A stretch of DNA of 64,000 nucleotides, taken from an uncultured Gemmatimonadaceae bacterium. GTDB taxonomy: Bacteria; Gemmatimonadota; Gemmatimonadetes; Gemmatimonadales; Gemmatimonadaceae. How positions within the stretch are numbered: position 1 is the first letter of the stretch; each line of letters begins with the position of its first letter. The position numbers and the translations under genes were made by a program. The notes under the pieces are model-generated. The model saw only the letters and a program-made list of their open reading frames with translations. It was not told the DNA's origin and ran no database searches. The stretch is taken from NCBI GenBank assembly GCA_963843845.1, contig CAWJMB010000002.1, forward strand, positions 1,184,001 through 1,248,000, read 5' to 3'. Positions 26,852-38,075 of the stretch are shown here, one piece after another.

Positions 26852-27442
26852 TCAGATGGCCGACCGCACGACCCCTTCGAGCAGCGACAGAAGGAAATAC
26901 GCCACGATCGGCGTGACGTCGATCATCCCGAGCGACGGGATGACCTGGCGCAGCGGATTGAGAATCCAGTCGGTGAGCGCGAACGCCCACCGGATCCACG
27001 GCGAGTAGGGGCTGAGCTGGAACCACGACGAGATCACGCGGAGGAGCAGCGCGATCCGCAGGACGCCGAAGGTCCACGAGACGAGCAGCGCCACGAGCCC
27101 GCGTGTTCCCCCCGCGGTCGCGGCGAGCATGACGAGCGCCTGCTGTCGGATGAACCCCAGCACGGTGACGAGGACGATGCCGCCGATCACGACCGCGGCC
27201 ACGCCCCACCACGGGGCGCTCGTCGGCGTCCCGCCGGCCCGCAGCACGCGCCGCTCGACCGGCGCGAACAGGGGGTCGACGTTCGCGCGGACGAAGCGTG
27301 CAGGCGCGCCGAACGGGCTGAGCCGACGCGACCGTGCCAGGAACGACAGCGCGGCGAGCGCCGCGGCGACGAGCGCGATCCAGAACACCGCCGTGCGCGC
27401 CGTGGCGATGAGGATGTCGAGTACGAGCAGAAACGTGTTCAC
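26852..27442 (-). CDS. YggT family membrane protein
   Basis: RVISSWF...TDWILNPLRQVIPSLGMIDVTPIVAYFLL; GTG start at 27442. Confidence 0.85.
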   Translation of the reverse strand: MNTFLLVLDILIATARTAVFWIALVAAALAALSFLARSRRLSPFGAPARFVRANVDPLFAPVERRVLRAGGTPTSAPWWGVAAVVIGGIVLVTVLGFIRQQALVMLAATAGGTRGLVALLVSWTFGVLRIALLLRVISSWFQLSPYSPWIRWAFALTDWILNPLRQVIPSLGMIDVTPIVAYFLLSLLEGVVRSAI

Positions 27443-27600
27443 CGGGCGAAAGCTCGTGGATCGCGGATGGCGCTGGAAGTGGCGCGACCGCGCGTCCCTC
27501 CCTAAACGCGGCCGGCCACGGCAGATTGCTCGGCCGTGACCAGCCGGGCGCGTCACGCGTCCGGTGCGTGGACGCGTAGCCTCACCTCAGACGTACCCCG

Positions 27601-28679
27601 GTGGCAGACACCCTGTTTCGGCACAAGCCGCTCATCGCGGATCGCAAGATCCGCTTCGCACTCGTCGGCTGCGGCCGCATCTCCGGCAATCACGTCGAGG
27701 CGCTGGCTCGCCACGCCGACCGCGCCGAGCTCGTCGCCGTGTGCGACGTCGATCAGACGGCGGCCGACGCGGCGGCCGCGCGCACCGGCGCGATCGCCTA
27801 CACGTCGCTCGACGAGATGCTCGAGCGCACGCGACGCCGACGCCGTCATCCTCACGACGCCGAGCGGGCTGCACCCGCAGCAGGCGATCGAGGTCGCGCG
27901 CGCCGGCCGCCACGTCATGACCGAGAAGCCGATGGCGACGCGCTGGGAGGACGGCATGGCGATGGTGCGCGCCTGCGACGAGGCCGGCGTGCGCCTGTTC
28001 GTCGTCAAGCAGAACCGCCGCAACGCCACGCTGCAGCTGCTCAAGCGCGCCGTCGAGAAGGAGCGCTTCGGCCGCATCTACATGGTCAACGTCAACGTGT
28101 TCTGGACGCGCCCGCAGGCGTACTACGACAGCGCGGCGTGGCGCGGCACGTGGGAGTTCGACGGCGGCGCGTTCATGAACCAGGCGAGCCACTACGTCGA
28201 CCTGCTCGACTGGCTCGATCGGCCCGGTCGAGAGCGTGCAGGCCTACACGGCCACGCTGGCGCGCAACATCGAGGTCGAGGACACGGGCGTCGTCAGCGT
28301 GCGCTGGCGCACCGGCGCGCTCGGCTCGATGAACGTCACGATGCTGACCTACCCGAAGAACCTCGAAGGATCGATCACGATCCTCGGCGAGAAGGGCACC
28401 GTGCGCATCGGCGGCGTCGCCGTCAACGAGATCCAGCACTGGGAGTTCGCCGAGCCGGACCCGAGGACGACGCGCTCGTGGAGCAGGCGAGCTACGAGAC
28501 CACGTCGGTCTACGGCTTCGGCCACCCGCTCTACTACGACAACGTGATCAACGTGCTGCGCGGCGAGGCGGAGCCGGAGACCGACGGCCGCGAGGGGCTC
28601 AAGTCGCTCGAGATCGCTGATCGCCGTCTACCTCTCGGCGCGCGACGGCAAGCGCGTCGCGCTGCCGCTGGAGTACTGA
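27601..28679 (+). CDS. Gfo/Idh/MocA oxidoreductase, WlbA/WbpB-like UDP-GlcNAcA 3-dehydrogenase, frameshifted
   Basis: [58 protein letters not shown]. Confidence 0.88.
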
Positions 28680-28680
28680 G

Positions 28681-29292
28681 ATGGCGGCGAAGATCCACGC
28701 GACGGCCATCGTCGACGACGGCGCGCAGCTCGGCGACGAGCACGCGCGTCTGGCACTGGGTGCACGTGTGCGGCGGGGCGCGCATCGGCGCGCGGCTGCT
28801 CGCTCGGCCAGAACGTCTACGTCGGCAACGACGTCGTCATCGGCGACAACGTCAAGATCCAGAACAACGTCTCGGTCTACGACGCCGTCACGCTCGAGGA
28901 CGACGTGTTCTGCGGCCCGAGCATGGTCTTCACCAACGTCTACAACCCGCGCTCGGCGGTCGTCGCGCAAGGACGAGTACCGCGACACACTCGTGAAGCG
29001 CGGCGCGACGCTCGGCGCCAACTGCACGATCGTCTGCGGGCGGACGATCGGCGAGTACGCGTTCGTCGGCGCCGGCGCGGTCGTCAACCGCGACGTGCCC
29101 GACTACGCCCTGATGGTCGGCGTGCCGGCGCGCCAGATCGGCTGGATGAGCCGCTTCGGCGAACAGCTCGACCTGCCGCTCACCGGCAGCGGTACGACGA
29201 CGTGCGCCAACACCGGCGCGCGCTACGAACTCGTCGACGGCCGCGTGCGGCACGCCGACCCCTCAGAGCCAGACGCGAAGGCACACGCATGA
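28681..29292 (+). CDS. WbpD/WlbB-like N-acetyltransferase (hexapeptide repeat), frameshifted
   Basis: [48 protein letters not shown]. Confidence 0.88.
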   Translation: MAAKIHATAIVDDGAQLGDEHARLALGARVRRGAHRRAAARSARTSTSATTSSSATTSRSRTTSRSTTPSRSRTTCSAARAWSSPTSTTRARRSSRKDEYRDTLVKRGATLGANCTIVCGRTIGEYAFVGAGAVVNRDVPDYALMVGVPARQIGWMSRFGEQLDLPLTGSGTTTCANTGARYELVDGRVRHADPSEPDAKAHA

Positions 29293-30299
29293 TCGAGAAC
29301 AAGAGGATCTTCATCACCGGCGGCGCCGGCTTCATCGGGTCCACGCTCGCCGAGCAGCTCATCGACCGCAACCAGGTCGTGCTGTTCGACAACCTCGCGC
29401 GCAACTCGCTGAAGGACAAAGCGTTCCGCGGCCACGAGAACCTCAGCCTCATCGAGGGCGACATCCTCGACGTCGAGGCGCTGTCGCGCGCGATGCAGGG
29501 GGCCGACGTCGTCGTGCACTGCGCGGCGATCGCCGGCATCGACACGGTCATCAAGAGCCCCGTGCGCACGATGCGCGTGAACATGATCGGCTCGGCGAAC
29601 GTGCTCGAGGCGGCGGCGAAGCTGTCGCACGTCGACCGCGTCGTCTGCTTCTCGACGACCGAGGTGTTCGGCCAGCAGGCGTTCCGCTCGCAGGAGACCG
29701 ACAACACGGTCATGGGACGCGTCGGCGAGGCGCGGTGGACCTACGCGGTCAGCAAGCTCGCCGAAGAGCATCTCGCGATCTCGTACTACAAGGAGCTCGG
29801 GCTGCCGACGTCGGTCGTCCGCCCGTTCAACGTCTACGGCCCGGGGCAGATCGGGGAAGGCGCGATCCGCACGTTCATCCAGCGCGCCGTGCGCAACGAG
29901 CCGATCCAGATCCACGGCGACGGCACGCAGATCCGGGCCTGGTGCTACGTCGACGACATGGTGAACGGCGTGCTGCTCGCGATGGCGCACCCGCGCGCGG
30001 TCGGCGAGTCGTTCAACATCGGCAACCAGCGCGCGGTGACGACGATCTACGGCCTCGCGAGCGCCGTCGTCCGCGTGCTCGGCTCGACGTCGCCGATCGA
30101 GTTCATCCGCCGTGACTACGCCGACGTCGAGCTGCGCATCCCCGCCGTGGAGAAGGCGCGCGAGCTGCTCGGCTTCGAGGCCCAGGTCGACCTCGAGGAA
30201 GGGATCCAGCGCGCGGCGGTCTTCTACCGGGCGCAGATGGACGAGGAGGCCGGCGCAGCGGCCGCCGCGCTCGCTCCCGTCGAGGCCGCGGTCGCGTGA
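29289..30299 (+). CDS. NAD-dependent epimerase/dehydratase (extended SDR)
   Basis: [32 protein letters not shown]. Confidence 0.88.
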   Translation: MIENKRIFITGGAGFIGSTLAEQLIDRNQVVLFDNLARNSLKDKAFRGHENLSLIEGDILDVEALSRAMQGADVVVHCAAIAGIDTVIKSPVRTMRVNMIGSANVLEAAAKLSHVDRVVCFSTTEVFGQQAFRSQETDNTVMGRVGEARWTYAVSKLAEEHLAISYYKELGLPTSVVRPFNVYGPGQIGEGAIRTFIQRAVRNEPIQIHGDGTQIRAWCYVDDMVNGVLLAMAHPRAVGESFNIGNQRAVTTIYGLASAVVRVLGSTSPIEFIRRDYADVELRIPAVEKARELLGFEAQVDLEEGIQRAAVFYRAQMDEEAGAAAAALAPVEAAVA

Positions 30300-31450
30300 T
30301 CCGGCTGACGCGCCCGTCGATCGAGGCGGACGACCTCGAGGCCGTGCGTGAGGCGATCGCGTCCGGCTACCTGGTGCAGGGGCCGCGCGTCGCGGCGTTC
30401 GAGCAGGCCGTCGCCGACCTCGTGGGCACGCGGCACGCCGTGGCGGTCACGAACTGCACGGCGGCGTTGCAGATGGCGCTCATGGCCGTCGACGTCGGCC
30501 CCGGCGACGTCGTGGTCGTCGGCGCGTACTCGTGGCCGACGACGGCGAACGTCGTCGAGCTGTGCGGCGCGCAGCCGGTGTTCGTCGACGTCGATCCGCA
30601 CACGTTCAACATCGACCCCGACGCGCTCGAGGAGACGCTCGCGCGCCTCGCGCGGTCGCCGGAGCTCGTGAAGCGCCTGAAGGCGATCGTTCCGATCCAC
30701 ACGTTCGGACAGACGGCCGACCTGCCCCGCATCGCGGCGCTCGCCGAGCGCTACGGCGTCCCGGTGATCGAGGACGCGGCGTGCGCGTTAGGCGCCTCGC
30801 TCGGCGGGCGGCAGGCCGGCGCGTGGGGCGCGATGGGGTGCTTCAGCTTCCATCCGCGCAAGGCGGTCACGACGGGGGAAGGGGGCGCCATCACCACGAA
30901 CGATGAACGCCTCGCCCGCTATCTCCGTGCGCTTCGCAATCACGGCCAGGACTTCGATGCCGGCGCGCCCGACCAGTTCGTCATGCCCGGCTTCAACAAT
31001 CGCATGACGGAGTTCCAGGCGGCGTTGGGCGTCACGCAGATGACGAAGGTCGCGCGCATCAACGCGGCGCGCCGCGCGCTCGCGGCGCGCTACGACGCCC
31101 TGCTCGACCCGGCGCTCGAGCGGCGCGGTGCGCGCGCGCCCGACGAGCGGCACGTCTTTCAATCGTACGTCGTACTGCTTCCCGCGGAGCTCGCCGCGCG
31201 GCGCGCGTCGATCATCGCGGCCATGCGCGACCGGGGCGTCGAGGCGCAGGTGGGGACGTACCACATGCCGCTCATCACCTACTACCGATCGAAGTACGGA
31301 CATCGCGTCGGCGACTTTCCGGTGTGCGACGACGTCGCGGCGCGGGCGCTGACCCTCCCGCTGTACGAGGGGATGACCGAGGCGGAGCTCACAGAGGTGG
31401 CGAGCGTGGCGAGCGCGGTGCTCGACGGCGAGAGCGTCGGCGCGCACTGA
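30296..31450 (+). CDS. DegT/DnrJ/EryC1/StrS aminotransferase
   Basis: [28 protein letters not shown]. Confidence 0.9.
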   Translation: MIRLTRPSIEADDLEAVREAIASGYLVQGPRVAAFEQAVADLVGTRHAVAVTNCTAALQMALMAVDVGPGDVVVVGAYSWPTTANVVELCGAQPVFVDVDPHTFNIDPDALEETLARLARSPELVKRLKAIVPIHTFGQTADLPRIAALAERYGVPVIEDAACALGASLGGRQAGAWGAMGCFSFHPRKAVTTGEGGAITTNDERLARYLRALRNHGQDFDAGAPDQFVMPGFNNRMTEFQAALGVTQMTKVARINAARRALAARYDALLDPALERRGARAPDERHVFQSYVVLLPAELAARRASIIAAMRDRGVEAQVGTYHMPLITYYRSKYGHRVGDFPVCDDVAARALTLPLYEGMTEAELTEVASVASAVLDGESVGAH

Positions 31451-31475
31451 CGTCGCGGCGCGACGACGCCGAGCG

Positions 31476-32033
31476 TCAGTCGGCGTCGTCGCGCAGCGGC
31501 GGGAGCTGCCGGACGACCCGCGCCGGGTTGCCGGCGACGACCGTGTACGGCGGGACGTCGCGCGTGACGACCGCACCGGCGCCGACGACCGCTCCGCGGC
31601 CGATGGTGACGCCGGCCAGGATGACGCACCCCGTGCCGAGCCACGCGTCATCGTCGATGCGCACCGGCGCCGTCACGGACAGGCGCTCTCGCACCTCGGC
31701 GAGTTCTGCCAGACGCGAGTTGTTCGGCCACGACGACGCGACGATCGTGACGTTGTGCGCGATGGCCACGCGCGCGCCGAACCGCACGAGCCCGGCGAAG
31801 TCGTCGTAGAGCACGAGATTCGCGTTGACATAGGTGCCGTCGCCGATCTCGACGCCGCTCGCGACGAAGAGCAGGCGCCTGAGCCGTCCATCGGGATGAT
31901 TGATGGCGAGCCAGCGCACGATCTTCCTCGGCAGCTCCGCGCACCGCGCCTCGACCTCGGCGTCCGTGAGCAGATCGTACCCGAGCAGCAGTTCGGTCAC
32001 GACGGCCGCACGGGCCGCGATCTCAGGACGCAT
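31476..32033 (-). CDS. Hexapeptide-repeat O-acyltransferase
   Basis: [39 protein letters not shown]...GNPAR. Confidence 0.85.
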   Translation of the reverse strand: MRPEIAARAAVVTELLLGYDLLTDAEVEARCAELPRKIVRWLAINHPDGRLRRLLFVASGVEIGDGTYVNANLVLYDDFAGLVRFGARVAIAHNVTIVASSWPNNSRLAELAEVRERLSVTAPVRIDDDAWLGTGCVILAGVTIGRGAVVGAGAVVTRDVPPYTVVAGNPARVVRQLPPLRDDAD

Positions 32034-33117
32034 GCGCGTCGTCGTGCCGCTCGGGGCCGAGGAGGGAGAACGGGACGACGAAGCGCGACGGATACTCCTC
32101 GACGATCGTCGAGGGCGATGCGCCGAGCAGCCGGTCCGCAGCCGGCCCCGGACGGACGCGCCCCAGGTACCACTGCGGTCGCTCGCTCGCGCCCCACCGC
32201 GCCTTGTACTTGTACACCCCTTCGCGGCCCGGGCTCGACTGCCAGTTGAACCACTGCAGCCCGCGCGCGGCGAACGATCGGAACGCCGTCGCGAGCAGCA
32301 GATTGTTCGGAGTGAGCAGCCGCGTGTCCTCGTCGTTCATGTCGTACGCCGACGAGAAGTAGTCCACCACGTCGCCCCCGACGAGGAAGAGCGATCCGCC
32401 GAGGAGGCGGGATCCCATCGTGGCTGCCCAGAACTCGACGACGCCGGCAGCGCGCCCGCGTTCGAACGTCTCGCGGTGAAACGCCTCGTCGAGCGGACGC
32501 GCGCCGATCTGCGCATATCGTTCGCGATAGATCACGAGCCAGCGTTCGAAGACGGCGGGGTCATCGCAGGGAGCGGCGCTGACGCCCGCCATCGTGGCGC
32601 GCTCGACCGGTCGCGCGATCGCGCCCCGCCGTTTCCCGGACAGCTGCTCGATCGGGTGCGGATCGAGCGGCTGCACCTGCGCGAAGTTCTCGAACCGATA
32701 CCCGCCGACGCGGCACGCCGCTTCGACGGCACCGAGCGCCGTCGTGCTCGCGAACGGAGAGAGGCCGACACCGACGGCCGCGGCGTCGTGGCCGGCCGCG
32801 AACTCCTCGAGCCACGCGACGGCCGTCGCAGCCGCCTCCTCGTCGTCGACGAGCAGCGCGGGGCCTCCGTAGGAGACGAACGGCAGCGACGTGACCACGA
32901 CGCCCGCCGGGCCGCGCTTGGCGACCGCGAGCAGCCACGCGACGAGCGCGTCCCCGCGAAACACCGCGACGCCATCCGCGTGCTCGCCGAGTGCCGTGAG
33001 GATGTCGAGCCACACAGGATGATGCTGGCCGAGCACGCCCGGGCGGCGGCACGCCGCTTCGACTTCAGCCCGGGCAGCGCGGATGGGGCGGGTGACGCAC
33101 GGCGCGCGAAGGGTCAT
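32023..33117 (-). CDS. FemAB-like / GNAT-fold acyltransferase
   Basis: SLPFVSYGGP, PNNLL, GVYKYKARWG typical of FemAB-like proteins of polysaccharide loci. Confidence 0.72.
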   Translation of the reverse strand: MTLRAPCVTRPIRAARAEVEAACRRPGVLGQHHPVWLDILTALGEHADGVAVFRGDALVAWLLAVAKRGPAGVVVTSLPFVSYGGPALLVDDEEAAATAVAWLEEFAAGHDAAAVGVGLSPFASTTALGAVEAACRVGGYRFENFAQVQPLDPHPIEQLSGKRRGAIARPVERATMAGVSAAPCDDPAVFERWLVIYRERYAQIGARPLDEAFHRETFERGRAAGVVEFWAATMGSRLLGGSLFLVGGDVVDYFSSAYDMNDEDTRLLTPNNLLLATAFRSFAARGLQWFNWQSSPGREGVYKYKARWGASERPQWYLGRVRPGPAADRLLGASPSTIVEEYPSRFVVPFSLLGPERHDDAHAS

Positions 33118-33178
33118 GCCAGAGACTGGACAGGCGAGCAGGAGATCGGAACGAGCGCGAACGTTTCGGGACGGCAGC

Positions 33179-34504
33179 TCATAAGTGCAGCTCCACCAGC
33201 GGCGCCGCGACTCCGGTCGTCGACGCCCGCGCGTGCGGGCGTCGCCCTCTCACCATCGCGGTCGTGAGTGCACGCAGGCGCGCTGCCTGGATGTCGAAGT
33301 TGAACTCCTGCTCGGCGAGCGCACGGCTTCGCCGCTTCCACGTCTGCACCTGCTCCGGATGGTCGACGCAGTAGCGGAGCGCCCGCACGATCGTCGCCTC
33401 GCTGCATCCGTCCATCGTCATGCCGACACCGTGCTCGCGCGTGAACGGATCGAGGACGTACGACGCGCTCGACAGCAGGGCGAGCCCCGACGCCAGGTTC
33501 TCGTAGGTCTTGAACCCCATGTTGAACCGATGATTCGCGGAGTCGGGACAGGTCACGTTGACCCCGACGTCGAACTCCGTGCCGGCCTCCGCGAGCCGGT
33601 CCACGGGGAGCGGGTCGAGCATGCGCACGCGGTCGGAGAGCCCTTCTCGCTCGATCAGCTCTGCGATCGTCGAGGCGAGCGGCCCGATCCCGCGGATGGC
33701 GAGCGACGCGCCGTCGACGCTCCGCATCGCGCGCACCAGGTTCTCGATCCCGCGCCCGCGCTGCAATCCGCCGTGATAGTAGAACCGCATCGGCGTGTGC
33801 GGCTCCGGACGCGCTGCGGCGGCCGGGAGCTGCGGGCAGACGAGAATCTGTGCCGTCGCAGCGCGCGAGATGCCGTACCGGCGCACGAGGATCGCCCCCG
33901 TCTTCACGTGCGGAACGATCGACGAGTAGGCCCGCCGCACGCCGAACTGCTCGATGGCCGCGAGTGTGAGGCTGTGACTCGGCGAGTAGTCGTCGAACTG
34001 CTTCGGCCAGATCTCGTACATGTAGTAGCCGAACCGGCACCGCCACAGCTTCGAGAGCATCCACCCCGCCACGAGGACGTCCGCGTCGATCGCATAGATG
34101 GCGTCGGCGCGGATCGAACGCAGGTGCGTGAACGCCGTCAGCGCGTCGGAGACGTGGGTGCGGATCACCCCCCACGCGACTCGGCGAGGCGGCGCAGCGG
34201 GGGCGTCGTCGCGCACCGCCGCCGCCGGTCCGACCGCCTCGCCGTCGGCCGACGTGGCGCGCCCCGTGAGGCGTCGACGGATCGATCGGAGCAGCGCGCG
34301 CGCGCGCAGCGCGACGTTGCCGTCGTGCGGCCCGAAGATGGTCGTGGCGTGAATGCCGGGGATCGCGGCCTCGGTGGCTTCGGGGTCGGCGCAGGCCACC
34401 GTCACGCGGTACTCGGGCATCAGGGCGCGCGCGAACATCGCGATCACCGGGTTCCGCGCGGCGGGCATGTTCGCGATCAGGAGGACGTGCTGCGGCTTCT
34501 TCAT
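33179..34504 (-). CDS. GT-B glycosyltransferase (GT4-like)
   Basis: YHGGLQRGRGIE, GIGPL, KTYENLASGL. Confidence 0.78.
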   Translation of the reverse strand: MKKPQHVLLIANMPAARNPVIAMFARALMPEYRVTVACADPEATEAAIPGIHATTIFGPHDGNVALRARALLRSIRRRLTGRATSADGEAVGPAAAVRDDAPAAPPRRVAWGVIRTHVSDALTAFTHLRSIRADAIYAIDADVLVAGWMLSKLWRCRFGYYMYEIWPKQFDDYSPSHSLTLAAIEQFGVRRAYSSIVPHVKTGAILVRRYGISRAATAQILVCPQLPAAAARPEPHTPMRFYYHGGLQRGRGIENLVRAMRSVDGASLAIRGIGPLASTIAELIEREGLSDRVRMLDPLPVDRLAEAGTEFDVGVNVTCPDSANHRFNMGFKTYENLASGLALLSSASYVLDPFTREHGVGMTMDGCSEATIVRALRYCVDHPEQVQTWKRRSRALAEQEFNFDIQAARLRALTTAMVRGRRPHARASTTGVAAPLVELHL

Positions 34505-34535
34505 CGAGGTCGGGTGGCGCGGGATGGCGCGGTCG

Positions 34536-35993
34536 TCAGGCGCCGCGCGTCGCGAGGCGGAAGCGCTTCACGAGCGTCCCGCGGATCGGCGAGACGAGCA
34601 CGAGCGCGGTGGCGAACACGATGAGCGCGGCGGTCTTGATCGCGACCGCTTCCACGAGTCCGCGCCCCGCGGTCACGCGCTGCAGCATGAGTCCTGCGGC
34701 GAGCGTCGCTCCAGGCACCGCGACCGTCAGCCACGAGCGGTACGGGATGGGATAGAGTCGCTGCGAGCGCCACAACAGGTACAGGGGGAGGATCGCCTGC
34801 GACAGCAGCGTCGCGATCGCCGCGCCGACGCGGCCGTACGGAGGGATGAGCGCGAAGTTGAGCGCGACGTTCGCGACGGCGGCGAGCGCGAACGCGTGCA
34901 GCAGCGGTCGCGTGTCGCGCGCGAGCATCGCACCGAGGCCGGTGATCTGGAACAGCCCGGCCATCACGTAGCCGACGGCGATCCACGGCACCACGTTCGC
35001 CGCCGCGTAGTAGCGCGCGGTCGCGAGCAGGCGGAGCGCCTCGGGCGCGAACGCGGAGAGCCCGAGGGCGAGGAAGCACGACCCGGCGAGAAACAGCTCC
35101 ATCACGACCGCGTACGTCCGCCGCGCGTCCGGCTGGTCCTTGATCGAGAACGCGAACGCGCTCCACGCGTTCTGGAAGGCCTGCGTGACGAGCGTCAACG
35201 ACGCGCCGATCGCGATCCCGATCGAGTAGAGCCCGACCTCGTCGACGCTCCAGTACTCGGCCACGAAGTAGCGGTCGACGAGGGCGATGGTCCACGAGAA
35301 CAGGGCGGTCGGCACCATCGGGAGCGAGTAGCGCAGCATCGAGCGGAGCAGCGGCAGCTGAAAGCCGCGCGGTGCGATCCACGCGCCGACGAGTCGCACC
35401 GCGACGATTCCGATCACGAGGCGAGTCAGCAGGATCGACAGGTAGTTCCCGAGAATCCCGAGCCGGAGCTTGAGCACGAAGACGAGCGTCAGCGTCAGCG
35501 AGAGCCCGGAGGAGAGCAGCATCGTGCCGAGCGCCCGCCACGGACGGCGGTGCATCCGCGCGTGGTTCGTCACGACCGTCTCGAACGCCGACAGTGGCAG
35601 CGCAGCGACGGCGACCATGAGGAGGGTGTGGGCGTCGGGGCGGCCGGTGAGCGACCGGACGGCCGTCCCGCCGAACAACGCCACGCCGCAGGCGAGCACG
35701 GTGGCGAACACGAGTTGCGTCCAGAACCAGGTCGCGACCGCGGCGCGCTGCTCGTCCTCGTTCGTCGTGTCGTAGAACCAGCGAAACGCCGCCGAATCGA
35801 GCGCGAGGACGGCGAGCGGTGCGAGCACCGCGACCGTGCTGTCGATGAGGCTCAGCGCGCCGTAGTCCGCCGGGATGAACACCCGCGTGTACAACGGCGT
35901 GAGGAAGATCGAGACGAGCCGCTGCGCGAGTGGCGCGATGCCGTAGATCGCGCTCTCCGACGCCAACTGGCCCAGTCGTGCCCGAATGCTCAT
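34536..35993 (-). CDS. wzx: Wzx-type oligosaccharide flippase
   Basis: Multi-TM; LTPLYTR...PADYG, LRYSLP, DRYF...VGLYS, NFALIPPYGRVGAAIAT. Confidence 0.85.
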   Translation of the reverse strand: MSIRARLGQLASESAIYGIAPLAQRLVSIFLTPLYTRVFIPADYGALSLIDSTVAVLAPLAVLALDSAAFRWFYDTTNEDEQRAAVATWFWTQLVFATVLACGVALFGGTAVRSLTGRPDAHTLLMVAVAALPLSAFETVVTNHARMHRRPWRALGTMLLSSGLSLTLTLVFVLKLRLGILGNYLSILLTRLVIGIVAVRLVGAWIAPRGFQLPLLRSMLRYSLPMVPTALFSWTIALVDRYFVAEYWSVDEVGLYSIGIAIGASLTLVTQAFQNAWSAFAFSIKDQPDARRTYAVVMELFLAGSCFLALGLSAFAPEALRLLATARYYAAANVVPWIAVGYVMAGLFQITGLGAMLARDTRPLLHAFALAAVANVALNFALIPPYGRVGAAIATLLSQAILPLYLLWRSQRLYPIPYRSWLTVAVPGATLAAGLMLQRVTAGRGLVEAVAIKTAALIVFATALVLVSPIRGTLVKRFRLATRGA

Positions 35994-36079
35994 GACGAGA
36001 TCGGGACGACGGGCGAGAGGGGTCGAGGTCGGGACATGCGGCGCGGGGGCACGAGGCGGAACGAGGACGGCGAGGAATC

Positions 36080-37303
36080 TTAATCGTCGAGGGAGCGCGC
36101 ATTCGCGTCGCCCCGGGTCACCACCGCTGAGACGAGCCGTCGAGCGCCGCGCAACGCCTGCTCGCCGCCCCGATCGGGAGCCGTGGCGCGGGCCGTCCAG
36201 TAGATCGCAGGGACCGCGAGCGCCGCGAGCCACACCGCGCTGATGACCGGCGCGAGGGAGGAGTCGAGCGACGGGATACCCGTGATCGTCGCCCACGCGA
36301 TGGAGGGGCCGAGGCGCAGCACGGCTCGGCGGGTGGCCGACCGCGTGTGAATCGAGAGGCGCAGCGCGTCCCCGTCGGCTTCACCACGGATCGTGTAGCG
36401 TTCCCCGGTGTCGGTCGCGGCCGGAATCGCGTCGCGCACCGTCAGCCACAACGGACGGAGGCTCGCCGCACGCCCGCGGAGCGCGGTGCCGAGTATCGCG
36501 TCGCGACCGCGCACGCCGAGGATGAACGACGGCGTCGTGTCGCCCGGGCGGTGCACGAAGAGGAGGGGATGGAACCGCGCGCTGCCGCCATCGCCGACGG
36601 CGGACACCGTCGCCTCGAACCTCGCACCGACCGGTGTCCTGACGATCACGGGACCGGAGCTCCGGTGCGGGATGCGGTGGCCGTTCACGACCACCGTGTC
36701 GACGGTTCCGGCGAACCAGCCGAACGCTGGCGCGGACGGAAGCTCGCCGACGACAGAGGGAAAGGGTGTCGTGTCGAGCCGCCGCGTCGTCGCCCACGCC
36801 GCGCCTGCGACCGTCGCCGCCCACACGCCGGCCGCAGCCACGGCGAGCCGGCGCGCCAGCACGCGGTCCGGCGCCAGCAGGCGCTCGGCGTGGGACGCGA
36901 CCACGGCGCCGACGAGCGCGCCGAGCGAGTTCGTCAGGAAGTCGCTCAGCGTCCCGAACCGTCCCACGATGACGAAGAATTGCGCCAGCTCGATCACCAG
37001 CGAGGTCGCCGCACCGAGCAGCAGCGCCGTGCTGACGCCGAGCCCCCCGAGTCGGAGGCCGACGCCGAGCGGAAGGAAGAGCAGCACGTTCGCGATGATG
37101 TCCGCTCCGCCGTTCGACCCGCAGACGATGCACATCGGTGGAACGCGCAGGCGGGCGTCTCCAGGCTGCGGCATCAGCGTGAGCCAGCAGATCACCGTCA
37201 GCCCCGCGACAGCCAGCCCCCGCCCTGCTGCACGCAGCCGCCTACCCGCTGCGTGTGACCATCGGTGTCGCACGCCCGCTACTTGCCCGAGTTCCATTGC
37301 CAT
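36080..37303 (-). CDS. VanZ family membrane protein with C-terminal extension (start uncertain)
   Basis: DIIANVLLFLPLG, SLVIELAQ...GR...SDFLTNSLGA. Confidence 0.75.
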   Translation of the reverse strand: MAMELGQVAGVRHRWSHAAGRRLRAAGRGLAVAGLTVICWLTLMPQPGDARLRVPPMCIVCGSNGGADIIANVLLFLPLGVGLRLGGLGVSTALLLGAATSLVIELAQFFVIVGRFGTLSDFLTNSLGALVGAVVASHAERLLAPDRVLARRLAVAAAGVWAATVAGAAWATTRRLDTTPFPSVVGELPSAPAFGWFAGTVDTVVVNGHRIPHRSSGPVIVRTPVGARFEATVSAVGDGGSARFHPLLFVHRPGDTTPSFILGVRGRDAILGTALRGRAASLRPLWLTVRDAIPAATDTGERYTIRGEADGDALRLSIHTRSATRRAVLRLGPSIAWATITGIPSLDSSLAPVISAVWLAALAVPAIYWTARATAPDRGGEQALRGARRLVSAVVTRGDANARSLDD

Positions 37304-37508
37304 ACCAGTTTCAGACGCCGAACCCGCCGTGGACGCCTGACGTGTCCTGTCCTGGCGGACCGGCGGTGTTGGTCGCACGGCGCGTTGCGTCGCCGCGCCA
37401 TGAGGCGTCCATCTGTCGGCACCGACCGGAATGATTCCGGTCGTACCCCGTGCGCGGTGTCGCGGCCGAGCGCCGACACCAACTTCTTTCCTCTCCGGCA
37501 GGGTCTCC

Positions 37509-38039
37509 GTGTTATCGGACGAGAATATCTCCCGCGTCGCGCAGGCGCTCTATCCCGTCGCGTTCCTGCTGGTCATGATTCCGCTGCTCGACCTGGGCAT
37601 TCGTACGTTCCCGCCGCAGCCGGGGTCGCTGCAGTGGCGGTTCGTCTTCGCCGGCCAGTTGCTCGGCAGCATCGGAACGATGCTGCTCGGGACCGGACTG
37701 CTCGCGTTCTTCTCGGCGCTGCGGGGCAATCGGACCGCCTTGCGCATTATCGGGTATGTGTCGTTCGTCGTCGCGGCGCTGCTGATCGCGCTGCTCGTGC
37801 TGTTCGCCCTCGACGCCCTCCAGATGCGGCAGCTCGCCGGCATCAACGCCAAGCGCACGATCTTCCTGTCGTCGCTCGGCGCTGGCGTCGCGGGCGTCAT
37901 CGGGATCGTCGCGCTCATCTCGATCGGCCGCGGCACGCTGGCCGTGTCGCGCGGCGCGTCGGCGACGACCGCGCGCCGCACGCGCCCAGCCGCCTCGACG
38001 CTCGTCGTCGCGAGCCAGGGCTCGGGCGACAGCGTGTAA
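37509..38039 (+). CDS. Four-TM membrane protein resembling cyanobacterial HpsJ-like proteins
   Basis: Hydrophobic pattern with D...PP....W.F...G.L...LLG motif; immediately upstream of the exosortase; family call by recollection only. Confidence 0.5.
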   Translation: MLSDENISRVAQALYPVAFLLVMIPLLDLGIRTFPPQPGSLQWRFVFAGQLLGSIGTMLLGTGLLAFFSALRGNRTALRIIGYVSFVVAALLIALLVLFALDALQMRQLAGINAKRTIFLSSLGAGVAGVIGIVALISIGRGTLAVSRGASATTARRTRPAASTLVVASQGSGDSV

Positions 38040-38075
38040 ACGGACGGTCTGACTTTTTTCCCCGAGCCATTCGGC

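Noticed and set aside
36080..37303. VanZ as a glycopeptide resistance determinant
   Set aside because: No van cluster genes; VanZ-family proteins are common in polysaccharide loci
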